A stretch of 33,851 bases of DNA from Calditrichia bacterium (GTDB taxonomy: Bacteria; Calditrichota; Calditrichia; RBG-13-44-9): the NCBI GenBank assembly GCA_027039625.1, contig JALWDQ010000633.1, positions 1 to 33,851 of the forward strand, written 5' to 3'. The notes under the pieces were generated by a model. The model had not been told where the DNA came from, searched no databases, and saw only the letters and a program-made list of their open reading frames with translations. The position numbers and the translations under genes were made by a program. Shown piece by piece: positions 1 through 10,222 of this stretch; position 1 is the stretch's first letter; every line of letters begins with the position of its first letter.

Positions 1-868
1 GAAAGGACAGGAAATTGATGTGGTGGTGCTGGACATCAATAAAGATGAACGGCGCATTGCTCTGGGCCACAAGCAGGTGGAACCCAATCCCTGGGATACC
101 TTCGAAGAAGCCTACAAGGTGGGTACGGAAACCACCGGTAAAATCTCGCGCCTAATTGACAAAGGCGTGATTGTAACTCTACCGCTGGGCGTGGATGCCT
201 TTGTTCCTTTGAATCACCTGGGCAAACCCAACATTAAACGGGCTGCCGACCATTTTAAAGTGGGTGACGAACTGCCCCTAAAAGTGATTGAATTCGACAA
301 AGACAATAAACGCATCGTCCTTTCGGTAAGCGAATACCTGAAGGGCAAAGAACAGGAAGAAGTGGATCGCTATATGGCGGAACACAACTTCACGCCCACC
401 AAGTTAGGTGAACTGGTGGAAGAAGTTCCCGAAATTCTGGAAGACGTGCTGGAGGAAGAAGCCACGAAACTTCCGAAGAAGAAAGCACGTCCCCGAAAAT
501 CCACTAAAAAAGCAAAAGAAGTAAAAGAAGAAGCGAAAGCGGAAGAAAAAGAGCAGACGGCAGAAGCCGAGAAGAAAGAAGAAAAAACGGAACCCGAAGA
601 AGCGAAAGAGGCAGCACCACAGGCAGAGAGCGAGAAGAAAGAAGAAGCAACCGGTGAAGTGAAGGAAGAGGCTACAGCGGAAGCTCCCGTGGAGCCGAAA
701 CCAGAAGAAAAAGCTGAAGCGAGTGAAGCAGATTCCGGCGAAACGAAAGAAGAAGCGAAAGCGGAAACGAAAAAAGCGAAAAGCAGCAAGAAACAGTCCA
801 AATCCGAAAAATCCCAGAGCAAGGAAGCGAAGGAAGAAGAGGGTTCCAGCGAAAAGAACGAAGCGTAA
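1..868 (+). CDS. rpsA: 30S ribosomal protein S1, C-terminal part (5' end lies outside the window), with a roughly 140-aa Lys/Glu/Ala-rich tail
   Basis: The frame is open from nt 2 (KGQEIDVVVLDINKDERRIALGHKQ...). There are two S1/OB-type motifs (RIALGHKQ..NPW, GKISRLIDKGVIV, FKVGDELPLKVIEFDKDNKRIVLS). A hairpin plus T-run follows the stop codon. Confidence 0.85.
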   Translation, partial: KGQEIDVVVLDINKDERRIALGHKQVEPNPWDTFEEAYKVGTETTGKISRLIDKGVIVTLPLGVDAFVPLNHLGKPNIKRAADHFKVGDELPLKVIEFDKDNKRIVLSVSEYLKGKEQEEVDRYMAEHNFTPTKLGELVEEVPEILEDVLEEEATKLPKKKARPRKSTKKAKEVKEEAKAEEKEQTAEAEKKEEKTEPEEAKEAAPQAESEKKEEATGEVKEEATAEAPVEPKPEEKAEASEADSGETKEEAKAETKKAKSSKKQSKSEKSQSKEAKEEEGSSEKNEA

Positions 869-895
869 GTGTTCGCTTACCACGTTGCTTGATGG

Positions 896-929
896 AAAGA
901 CCGGGGCTTATTGCTCCGGTCTTTTGTTT
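896..929 (+). terminator. Rho-independent terminator after rpsA
   Basis: Stem aaagaccgg (896-904) pairs with ccggtcttt (916-924), followed by ttttgttt. Confidence 0.6.
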
Positions 930-1028
930 ATAGGCCATTGCCCCCACCCTACCTGCCAGTTTGCGCTTGCATTATTCAAAAAATTTGGATATTATTTTTT
1001 CAGATGAAATAATGATACAGGAAATAGG

Positions 1029-1895
1029 ATGAAAAATGTTCTGCGCATTTTCGCCATGTTTCTGCCCCTGCTAATTCTGGGATGCGAGAAAGACCAGGCA
1101 CCGCTGAAAGATAATTACCAGGGCTGGACTTACCCCATGAATGTTGGTGCCCACTGGGAATATCAGGGAGAAGCCGGATTTTTTAAACTGCCGGGAGACA
1201 TCAGCCTACCCGCAGACAGTATCGAGCATTTTTCCAGTTCTGTGGAGATTATTGAGAGAGATACTTTGCCCAACGGACAGCCCACAACGGTGTTTTTCTC
1301 CCGTTACGTTCAAACCGATTCCACAATCATCCAGAGCTACACTCATTACTTCCAGACCACGGAAGGTTTGTTTATGGCCGCTTATGCTGGCCCCAACCCT
1401 CGACCCAACATTCCCAGAATCACGCAGCGTCCCTATCTGAAATTTCTCAATCGACGTTTTGAGGATATGAATGAATTGCGTCAGTTTGCTCTGCGCTGGT
1501 TGCAGAGCTTCGGACACGCAGCAGTCAACGATTCCCTGATTCTGGAAGAAAAACCTGTTCCTTCGCTGGCATATCCCCTTTATGTGGGCAAAGAATGGAT
1601 TTTCCGGGAAGCCAATCATCCCTTTCTCATTCGCAAAAAAGTGGTAAAAAAGGAAACAGTATCCACCCCGGCGGGGAAATTCCTCTGCTACATCATTCAA
1701 TTCTATTACGATCTGGACAATGATGGAGTACTGGATGAAGATATTTCCGTGACGGATCACATGGCGACCATCGGATTAGTACAGCGGCAGGCTATTTTTC
1801 ACAATATCGGAATTTTCGATGAAAACGGAAATCCTGTTGGGCTAATGGATTCCTATTTCCTCTGGCAATTACAAAGCTACGATTTAGCGAATTGA
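1029..1895 (+). CDS. hypothetical lipoprotein
   Basis: ATG start. N-terminal signal peptide with a lipobox (LPLLILGC). 288-aa ORF with no recognisable catalytic motif. Confidence 0.6.
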   Translation: MKNVLRIFAMFLPLLILGCEKDQAPLKDNYQGWTYPMNVGAHWEYQGEAGFFKLPGDISLPADSIEHFSSSVEIIERDTLPNGQPTTVFFSRYVQTDSTIIQSYTHYFQTTEGLFMAAYAGPNPRPNIPRITQRPYLKFLNRRFEDMNELRQFALRWLQSFGHAAVNDSLILEEKPVPSLAYPLYVGKEWIFREANHPFLIRKKVVKKETVSTPAGKFLCYIIQFYYDLDNDGVLDEDISVTDHMATIGLVQRQAIFHNIGIFDENGNPVGLMDSYFLWQLQSYDLAN

Positions 1896-1901
1896 GCCGA
1901 T

Positions 1902-3323
1902 ATGAAGAACCCATTTCAGGAAATTGATAGAGAAATCCGAGAGGATACCCGTTTTAGCGGGGATGCTTCCCTGCGTCTGGATGTGCTAAATAAGCAACGC
2001 CTGAAAGCCCTGTACCAGGTCGGGCAGAAAATTAACCAGATTATTAATCCCGATTTGTTGTTTGAGGAGATTATTCGCCAGGTACGCGAATTGCTAAAAG
2101 CAGAGCATGTGGTCATCCTGATCCAGGAGAATCAGGAGTTGCGCATCCGCATTGCCCATAACATGGATGAACAATCCCGCCAGAACGCTTTAACTTTTAG
2201 CCGCTCCATTGTGAGCCAGGTGATGCACGGCTTCAAACCCATTTACAGCAAGAATGCCCTGCACGATCCCAATTTCTCCCAGTTGCAAACGGTGCAAAAG
2301 CTGGAGATTTTCTCCTTCATTTGCGTGCCCATTATGGTGGAAGGCAGGGTGATTGGCACCATTTATGTGGATAATCGCAAACTGCCCAATGTGTTCGATA
2401 AATCGGATGTGGATTTTCTGCAGGCATTTGCCAATTTGCTGGGCATTGCCATTCGTAATTCCCTGGCGTACCAGAAATTAGATGAGCTCAATCGTTCGCT
2501 GGAAGAGAAGGTTAAATCCCGCACCGCCCAGTTACAGAAGGCGCTGGAGGAGTTACAGGAGACCCAGGAACGGCTTATTCGCACGGAAAAGATGGCCAGC
2601 CTGGGACGTTTAATTGCCGGTTTTCTGCACGAGTTTAACAATCCCATCAATTTTGTGTACAGCAACCTGCCTCATCTGGAAGAGTACACCCGGATGATGC
2701 TTGCAGCGCTGGAGGATGCCCTCCGCAAATTGCCTCCGGAGGAAAGGCAGGAATTCATCGAAAAATACGATCTGGAATTTTTAAAGGAAGATTTTCAGAA
2801 GCTGCTTTCGGGCATTCGGGAGGGTACCGTGCGCACGCGGGAATTGGTCAACGAGCTGCGCCAGTTTTCCAGCCGCTCGGGGGAAGAGAAAGAGCTCATC
2901 CACTGGCAGGAGAATTTGCAGTTTGTTACCCGCATTTTTCGGGAACGGTTTCATCCCCGGGTGAAGATTGCTATCGAAGGGGGAGAATCGGTATTTGTCC
3001 GGGGTAACCGCAGCGAAATGAATCAGGTAATTTTGAATTTACTGCGCAACGCTGTGGATGCAGGAGCTACCGAGATTACTATCCGCAACGCCGTCCGGCA
3101 GGGGCAGCTTCGGTGCGAAATTCAGGACAATGGCAGCGGAATTGAACCGGAAAACCTCTCCCGCATTTTCGATCCGTTTTTCACCACGAAAGAGGTGGGC
3201 AAAGGGATGGGACTGGGACTGTCGATTGTGTACAACATTATTCAGAATCACCAGGGGAATATCACAGTACACAGCCAACCCGGCCAGGGAACTACATTTG
3301 TTATTACCCTTCCGGTGGAATAA
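1902..3323 (+). CDS. soluble GAF-domain sensor histidine kinase
   Basis: GAF-like N-terminal half, coiled-coil linker, H-box (FLHEFNNPINF), N box (LLRNAVDA), G1 (IQDNGSGI) and G2 (GKGMGLGLS). No transmembrane segment and no adjacent response regulator. Confidence 0.85.
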   Translation: MKNPFQEIDREIREDTRFSGDASLRLDVLNKQRLKALYQVGQKINQIINPDLLFEEIIRQVRELLKAEHVVILIQENQELRIRIAHNMDEQSRQNALTFSRSIVSQVMHGFKPIYSKNALHDPNFSQLQTVQKLEIFSFICVPIMVEGRVIGTIYVDNRKLPNVFDKSDVDFLQAFANLLGIAIRNSLAYQKLDELNRSLEEKVKSRTAQLQKALEELQETQERLIRTEKMASLGRLIAGFLHEFNNPINFVYSNLPHLEEYTRMMLAALEDALRKLPPEERQEFIEKYDLEFLKEDFQKLLSGIREGTVRTRELVNELRQFSSRSGEEKELIHWQENLQFVTRIFRERFHPRVKIAIEGGESVFVRGNRSEMNQVILNLLRNAVDAGATEITIRNAVRQGQLRCEIQDNGSGIEPENLSRIFDPFFTTKEVGKGMGLGLSIVYNIIQNHQGNITVHSQPGQGTTFVITLPVE

Positions 3324-3368
3324 CACGAAATCTGAAATAGTGAGGAAACGATAATCCGGGAAGTTGCC

Positions 3369-4466
3369 GTGAATACGGAAAGGCGACATATTTTTTATGC
3401 CGTGCTGAATATGGGGTTAGGGCACGCCACGCGCAGTTTACCAGTGATTCAGGCGCTGTTGCAGCAAGGCTATCGGGTGACGGTGGGGAGTTCCGGACGG
3501 GCGCTGATATTTTTGCGGCAGGAACTTCCGGAAGCGCATTTTCTGGAGCTTCCGGACTACAATTTGACTTACTCCGAAAAAGGGGTACAACCTGCGGCAC
3601 TGCTGCTGCGGCTTCCCGCTTTGATGAAGAAAATTCGGGAAGAACATCACGTTTTGCAGCAGTACCAGCGTCGGTTTCCTCTACATGGAGTTATTTCGGA
3701 CCATCGCTATGGCTGCTATCTCCCGGGATTACCTTCGTATTTTCTCATTCATCAGTTGCGGTTCATCGCTCCTGCTCCCTTTCGCCGTCTGGAAGGGGTG
3801 GGTGTGACGTTTAACCGCTTTTTTGGGAAGCGCTACGGGGCAGTGCTGGTACCGGACGAACGCAATTCGCCGCAGAGCGGTGGCATCCTGACGGGCAGAC
3901 TAACTCGGGTGAAAAAGAGTATCCCAATTTATTTTACCGGCATTCTCTCCAGTTTACCGGTGGAAACAACCGCAGGAGCACCCATTGATGTGCTTATTTC
4001 CATTTCCGGTCCCGAGCCACAACGCACGATTCTGGAAAAAATTGTGCGGAGGCAGCTTGGGGAGATTCCCGGTCGGAAAGTGGTTTTGCTGGGAAAACCG
4101 GAAGAAACCTCTCCGGAGCATTTACCCGATGGCACGGTGATTTATCCTCACCTCTCCCGTCACCGCATGGGCGAATTGTTCAACCGCAGCCAGCTAATTG
4201 TGAGCCGTTCCGGTTACAGCACGGTGATGGAGCTGGCGGAACTGGGAAAACGCGCTCTGTTTATCCCCACCCCGGGGCAAACGGAGCAGGAGTACCTGGC
4301 CTGGCGCTACCGCAAGCACGGCTGGTTCCATGCTGCCAGTCAGTTTGGATTGAAATTGGGCGAAGAAATTGCCCGGGCAAGGCAGTTTCCGGGCTTCCCC
4401 CGGCGGTTTTCCACCCGGCAGTCTGTTCAGCGAATTCTGTCGCTATTAGAAAAAGAACTTGAATGA
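3369..4466 (+). CDS. GT-B fold glycosyltransferase (GT1/GT28, MurG/MGT-like)
   Basis: GTG start. N-terminal LNMGLGHATRS motif typical of MGT/GT28-like enzymes. C-terminal SRSGYSTVMELAELGKRALFIP nucleotide-sugar binding motif. Confidence 0.7.
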   Translation: MNTERRHIFYAVLNMGLGHATRSLPVIQALLQQGYRVTVGSSGRALIFLRQELPEAHFLELPDYNLTYSEKGVQPAALLLRLPALMKKIREEHHVLQQYQRRFPLHGVISDHRYGCYLPGLPSYFLIHQLRFIAPAPFRRLEGVGVTFNRFFGKRYGAVLVPDERNSPQSGGILTGRLTRVKKSIPIYFTGILSSLPVETTAGAPIDVLISISGPEPQRTILEKIVRRQLGEIPGRKVVLLGKPEETSPEHLPDGTVIYPHLSRHRMGELFNRSQLIVSRSGYSTVMELAELGKRALFIPTPGQTEQEYLAWRYRKHGWFHAASQFGLKLGEEIARARQFPGFPRRFSTRQSVQRILSLLEKELE

Positions 4467-4467
4467 A

Positions 4468-4640
4468 AAATTCCAAATTACAAATCCCAAATAACAAAAG
4501 ACAAATTCCAAAATCCAAATTCCAAATGTCAAAAAAACCGAGGCGATCGCAACGAGCGCAGCGAAAGCTCAAATTCCGGATAACAAATTCCAAATCAAAA
4601 ACAACAAAAAAACGAACTCCACATCACAAATCCTAAATGG
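4468..4640 (+). repeat. degenerate heptanucleotide tandem array 1 (consensus AAATTCC)
   Basis: In-phase heptads aaattcc/aaattac/aaatccc/aaataac/aaaagac/aaattcc/aaaatcc/aaattcc/aaatgtc/aaaaaaa occupy 4468-4537. A 33-nt insert (4538-4570) interrupts the array, which resumes at 4571-4640. Confidence 0.85.
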
Positions 4641-4681
4641 TTTAACATATTCTTTTTTTCCTAATTCAATCATTATTTTCC

Positions 4682-4734
4682 ATTCGTCCTTATTCGTGTT
4701 ATTCGTGGTTAAGTGCTTTTTTGTGTGATTCGTG
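4682..4734 (+). repeat. ATTCGTG heptamer cluster 1 (iteron-like)
   Basis: attcgtc at 4682; attcgtg at 4692, 4701 and 4728. Spacing is 10, 9 and 27 nt. Confidence 0.85.
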
Positions 4735-4802
4735 GTTAATGATTACTGGGAGGCGGAGGAATTGAACAAGCCTTATTGCCTGGCTCTCTTGAGGTGAGCC
4801 AC

Positions 4803-4845
4803 ATTCTGTCATTCTGAGCGGAGCGTTAGCGGAGCGAAGAATCTC
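4803..4845 (+). repeat. short dispersed-repeat-like module (gtcattctgagcggagcg..ggagcgaagaatc)
   Basis: Internal direct repeat agcggagcg x2 (4817-4825 and 4829-4837). It resembles the 'cattctgagcgaagcgaagaatc' type of intergenic repeat that yields junk ORFs (..LRMTE..) in many environmental genomes. Confidence 0.5.
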
Positions 4846-4922
4846 TTCTACATTACATGGAATAATCTTTCTTCGTATCAAAATAATACAGCTTGAGATG
4901 GTACTCTAAAATTATCAATACG

Positions 4923-4978
4923 AAATTCTAAACTACAAATCCCAAATTTCCAATCCCAAACAACAAATTCCAAATTCC
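4923..4978 (+). repeat. degenerate heptanucleotide tandem array 2 (AAATTCC-like)
   Basis: Eight in-phase heptads: aaattct/aaactac/aaatccc/aaatttc/caatccc/aaacaac/aaattcc/aaattcc. Confidence 0.85.
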
Positions 4979-5025
4979 GATAATTTAATAGATTCTTTCC
5001 GAATCTAATATTTTCCTTATTATTA

Positions 5026-5092
5026 ATTCGTGCATATTCGTGTGATTCGTGGTTAATAATTCGTGGGTAAGTTTCCATCCGTACAATTCGTG
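5026..5092 (+). repeat. ATTCGTG heptamer cluster 2 (iteron-like)
   Basis: Exact attcgtg at 5026, 5036, 5045, 5059 and 5086. Spacing is 10, 9, 14 and 27 nt. Confidence 0.85.
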
Positions 5093-5165
5093 GTTTTATT
5101 GATTCCGGCGATCTCGATAATTTTAAAACCCAATTCAAAATTCTTAATTCAAATTTCAAAATTAT

Positions 5166-5248
5166 TTCTGTCGTCCTTACAGGACTTAAAATGATGGGTG
5201 GAATTCACCTTCCCATGGCTGAAGGCCATGGGCTAAATTCTGTCGTCC
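5166..5248 (+). repeat. hairpin-containing repeat module bounded by an 11-nt direct repeat
   Basis: ttctgtcgtcc occurs at 5166-5176 and 5238-5248. An 8-bp hairpin pairs cccatggc (5212-5219) with gccatggg (5225-5232). A small hairpin gtcct/aggac lies at 5173-5185. Confidence 0.6.
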
Positions 5249-5354
5249 ACTCCGTGAACTCATCCCCTGCCAGCCGATAGTTTTTAAATCCTAAGAATCT
5301 ATTCCGACCACCTGGAGTATCCGGTTAAAAAATATCTTTTCTAATTATTGAAAC

Positions 5355-5471
5355 AAATCCCAAACAACAAATCCCAAATCACAAACGAAATTCCAAACCC
5401 CAAATCCCAATTAACAAAAAACAAATTCCAAGTCTCAAATAACAAGCATCAAATTCCAAATTCCAAATGAT
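5355..5471 (+). repeat. degenerate heptanucleotide tandem array 3 (AAATTCC/AAATCCC)
   Basis: About 16 heptads, with one 5-nt irregular unit at 5383-5387. The array ends ...aaattcc/aaattcc/aaatgat. Confidence 0.85.
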
Positions 5472-5511
5472 TAAGAGAATTTTTACACAATCTAATCATT
5501 TCTTTTTTTTC

Positions 5512-5564
5512 ATTCGTGTTTATTCGTGTGATTCGTGGGCAAATATCAATTCTTTTAATTCGTG
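5512..5564 (+). repeat. ATTCGTG heptamer cluster 3 (iteron-like)
   Basis: Exact attcgtg at 5512, 5522, 5531 and 5558. Spacing is 10, 9 and 27 nt, identical to cluster 1. Confidence 0.85.
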
Positions 5565-5692
5565 GTTTGAATTTTTAGAAGCTTTTGTACTCGCAAAATC
5601 AGTAACCCTCCAGCATGGGGTTTCGGGAAGAAAGCACCAAAACCATATTGGTTTTTTTCGTATTGTTTTTAAAGGGTGAATTATTTATTTTT

Positions 5693-5729
5693 GCGTGGCA
5701 TCCGTAAAAGAATGCCGCTTTATTTTTTT
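5693..5729 (+). terminator. terminator-like hairpin plus T-run just upstream of gatC
   Basis: gcgtggcat (5693-5701) pairs with atgccgc (5712-5718) with one bulge, followed by tttattttttt. Confidence 0.4.
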
Positions 5730-5749
5730 CTGAAAAAATACTTAAGATC

Positions 5750-6036
5750 ATGAAAGTATCCTTGCAGGAAGTGGAGCATCTGGCGCACCTAGAGGCGCTG
5801 GAATTTACTCCGGAAGAGAAGCAAAAAATTGCCACTGAACTGGAACGCATTCTGGAATATGTGCGTCAGCTGGAAGAAGTGGATACCACCGGCGTTGAAC
5901 CGCTGGAGCATCCCGGTGGCCCGGTGCAGGCTATGCGCCCGGATGAACCTCAACCTTCTCTTCCAGTAGAAGAGGCATTACGCAATGCTCCCGATCGGCA
6001 AGGAGGTTTCTTTCGGGTTCCCAGGGTGATTCGTAA

Positions 6037-6040
<4 letters not shown>
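5750..6040 (+). CDS. gatC: Asp/Glu-tRNA amidotransferase subunit C
   Basis: 96 aa. Typical GatC sequence (VEHLAHLEALEFTPEEKQKIATELERILEYVRQLEEVDTTGVEP). Confidence 0.85.
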
Positions 6041-8407
<2,367 letters not shown>

Positions 8408-8420
8408 AAAGGGAATTGGT

Positions 8421-8795
8421 ATGGCAGTTTACCGGGTGAAAAATTTTGAGGAAATTGACTTTGTGGCAGTAAATCCCAGCGAAGATGTGTTCGAGCTGGA
8501 AAATGGTAAAAAATATCGATTTAGCGATCATATTTGCCATAATTGCTGGTCGGGGGGGACCGTACTGGAAACGGTGGAAGGGGAAACGGATTATTTTTGC
8601 CTGTTGTGCCAGAACCATTTAACCTGGCGAAAATTTGAAAACGATTTTCTTCCGCCCACCGGGGATATGCTGGATTTTCTGCTTCCGGTGGAATGGGGAG
8701 AAGAAGAATTAAATGAGTGGTGGAAAGAATACAAAATTAAACGTCTTGCCGAGGAAGAGGTGAAGAATCAAATCCTGGCTTCCGGCAAAGAATAG
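8421..8795 (+). CDS. hypothetical CxxC...CxxC zinc-ribbon protein
   Basis: ORF with CHNC-x20-CLLC. The ATG at 8421 is preceded by aaaggga. An alternative ATG at 8400 overlaps the pyrG stop codon. Confidence 0.5.
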   Translation: MAVYRVKNFEEIDFVAVNPSEDVFELENGKKYRFSDHICHNCWSGGTVLETVEGETDYFCLLCQNHLTWRKFENDFLPPTGDMLDFLLPVEWGEEELNEWWKEYKIKRLAEEEVKNQILASGKE

Positions 8796-8809
8796 CTTCT
8801 GAAAACAAT

Positions 8810-9640
8810 ATGGTCGAATTAAACGAAATCAAAATAGGGCCGCAGCAGCCCTTAACCATCATTGCGGGTCCCTGTGTGGTGGAGGGCGAGCAAATGATTC
8901 TGGAAACAGCCACCGCCCTCCGGGAAACCACCCACGATTTGCCTGTGCAGTTAATTTTTAAGTCATCTTATCGAAAGGCCAATCGCACTGCGTTAGACGG
9001 TTTCACCGGTCTGGATTTTGTGGAAGCGCTGGGAATTTTACAGAAAGTCAAAGAGCAGGTGGGTTTGCCGGTGCTAACGGATGTGCACAACGAACTGGAA
9101 GTGCCCGTGGTTGCCGAAGTGGCGGATGTTTTACAGATTCCTGCCTTTCTATCGCGCCAGACGGATTTGCTTCTGGCGGCAGGCCGCACCGGACGGGTGG
9201 TAAACATCAAAAAAGGGCAGTTCCTGGCACCGGAGGACATGGAAAAAGCCGCGGAAAAAGTCGCCAGCACCGGGAATCGTCGGATTCTGTTAACCGAACG
9301 CGGTACCACCTTCGGTTATCGTAATCTGGTGGTGGACATGCGCAGTTTGGTGATTCTGGCGAAAACCGGTTATCCGGTGGTGTACGATGCCACCCACAGT
9401 GTGCAACGACCCGGAGGGTTGGGCCATGCCAGCGGAGGCAACCCCGAATTCATCCTGCCACTGGCCCGGGCGGCTCTGGCTACCGGCGCAGTGAGCGCTA
9501 TCTTTATGGAAGTGCACCCCGAACCCTCCCGCGCCTTAAGCGACGCAGCTACCCAGTTACCACTTCGCTATTTTCGAGAGGTAGTGGAGCAACTGGTTGC
9601 ACTCTACCAATTCATTCAGGAACAACCTCCACTGAGCTGA
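8810..9640 (+). CDS. kdsA: 2-dehydro-3-deoxyphosphooctonate aldolase (Kdo-8-P synthase)
   Basis: IAGPCVVE, FKSSYRKANR, LTDVH, IPAFLSRQTDL and DATHSVQ motifs. Confidence 0.92.
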   Translation: MVELNEIKIGPQQPLTIIAGPCVVEGEQMILETATALRETTHDLPVQLIFKSSYRKANRTALDGFTGLDFVEALGILQKVKEQVGLPVLTDVHNELEVPVVAEVADVLQIPAFLSRQTDLLLAAGRTGRVVNIKKGQFLAPEDMEKAAEKVASTGNRRILLTERGTTFGYRNLVVDMRSLVILAKTGYPVVYDATHSVQRPGGLGHASGGNPEFILPLARAALATGAVSAIFMEVHPEPSRALSDAATQLPLRYFREVVEQLVALYQFIQEQPPLS

Positions 9641-9658
9641 TTGGGAAGGAAGATAAAT

Positions 9659-10222
9659 ATGATAAGAGAAGGTCAAATCAGTCAGGATGTGCTGGAGCGG
9701 GCTAACCGCGTCCGGGTAATTTTGATGGATGTGGATGGGGTGTTAACCGACGGTTCCATTGTGTACGATAGCAATGGTGTGGAGATTAAACACTTCAATG
9801 CCCAGGATGGGTTGGCATTTAAACTTGCCAGTGCGGTGGGGTTGCGTACGGGATTTATCTCGGCCCGGGAGAGCGGTGCCATTCACCGCCGGGCTCAGGA
9901 TCTGGGAGTGGATTTTATGCATCTGGGTTCTTATCGGAAATTGGCAGCCTATCAACAACTCAAAAATTCTTTGAAATTATCCGACGAGTATTTTTGTTAC
10001 ATTGGCGACGATTTGCCGGACATTCCGGTGTTACGACAGGTGGGGCTGGCTGTGGCGGTTCGCAATGCGACAGAGCTGGTGAAAGAAACGGCGCATTACA
10101 TTACCCAACGCTCTGGCGGAGAGGGAGCCGTGCGCGAGGTGGTGGAGCTCATCCTCAATGCCCAGAACTTGCTGGAAAAGGCAGTGAATTGTATTTTACA
10201 TCCTGATGAAGCGTGTGAATGA
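9659..10222 (+). CDS. kdsC: Kdo-8-phosphate phosphatase (HAD-IIIA)
   Basis: MDVDGVLTDG HAD motif I and GDDLPD motif. The ATG at 9659 is preceded by ggaagga. The ORF-track TTG at 9641 is less likely. Confidence 0.85.
   Translation: MIREGQISQDVLERANRVRVILMDVDGVLTDGSIVYDSNGVEIKHFNAQDGLAFKLASAVGLRTGFISARESGAIHRRAQDLGVDFMHLGSYRKLAAYQQLKNSLKLSDEYFCYIGDDLPDIPVLRQVGLAVAVRNATELVKETAHYITQRSGGEGAVREVVELILNAQNLLEKAVNCILHPDEACE

Noticed and set aside
370-1007. ORFs 370..822(-), 404..883(-), 672..947(-) and 723..1007(+), which overlap the rpsA tail
   Set aside because: Their translations are low-complexity (poly-F/S/R/K) and mirror the GAA/AAG-rich coding of the S1 tail. They are artefacts of purine-rich repeats in alternative frames.
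4543-4550. GCGATCGC (HIP1-like palindrome) as a hint of cyanobacterial origin
   Set aside because: Only isolated occurrences are present. The gene content (PPi-PFK, MCP, Mla/Lpt layout) gives no support for a cyanobacterium, and the evidence is too weak for any taxonomic call.
4468-5575. Possible CRISPR array
   Set aside because: The repeat unit is only 7 nt and tandem or degenerate. There are no 25-40-nt repeats alternating with unique spacers, and no cas genes in the window.
4261-5850. ORFs in the repeat region: 4261..4593(-), 4699..4881(-), 4878..5159(-), 5467..5679(+) and 5599..5850(-)
   Set aside because: Their sequences are direct translations of the heptamer arrays and ATTCGTG clusters (WNLEFGI, IINHESH, IRVYSCDSW). 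They have no RBS and no domain features, and the last one overlaps gatC antisense.
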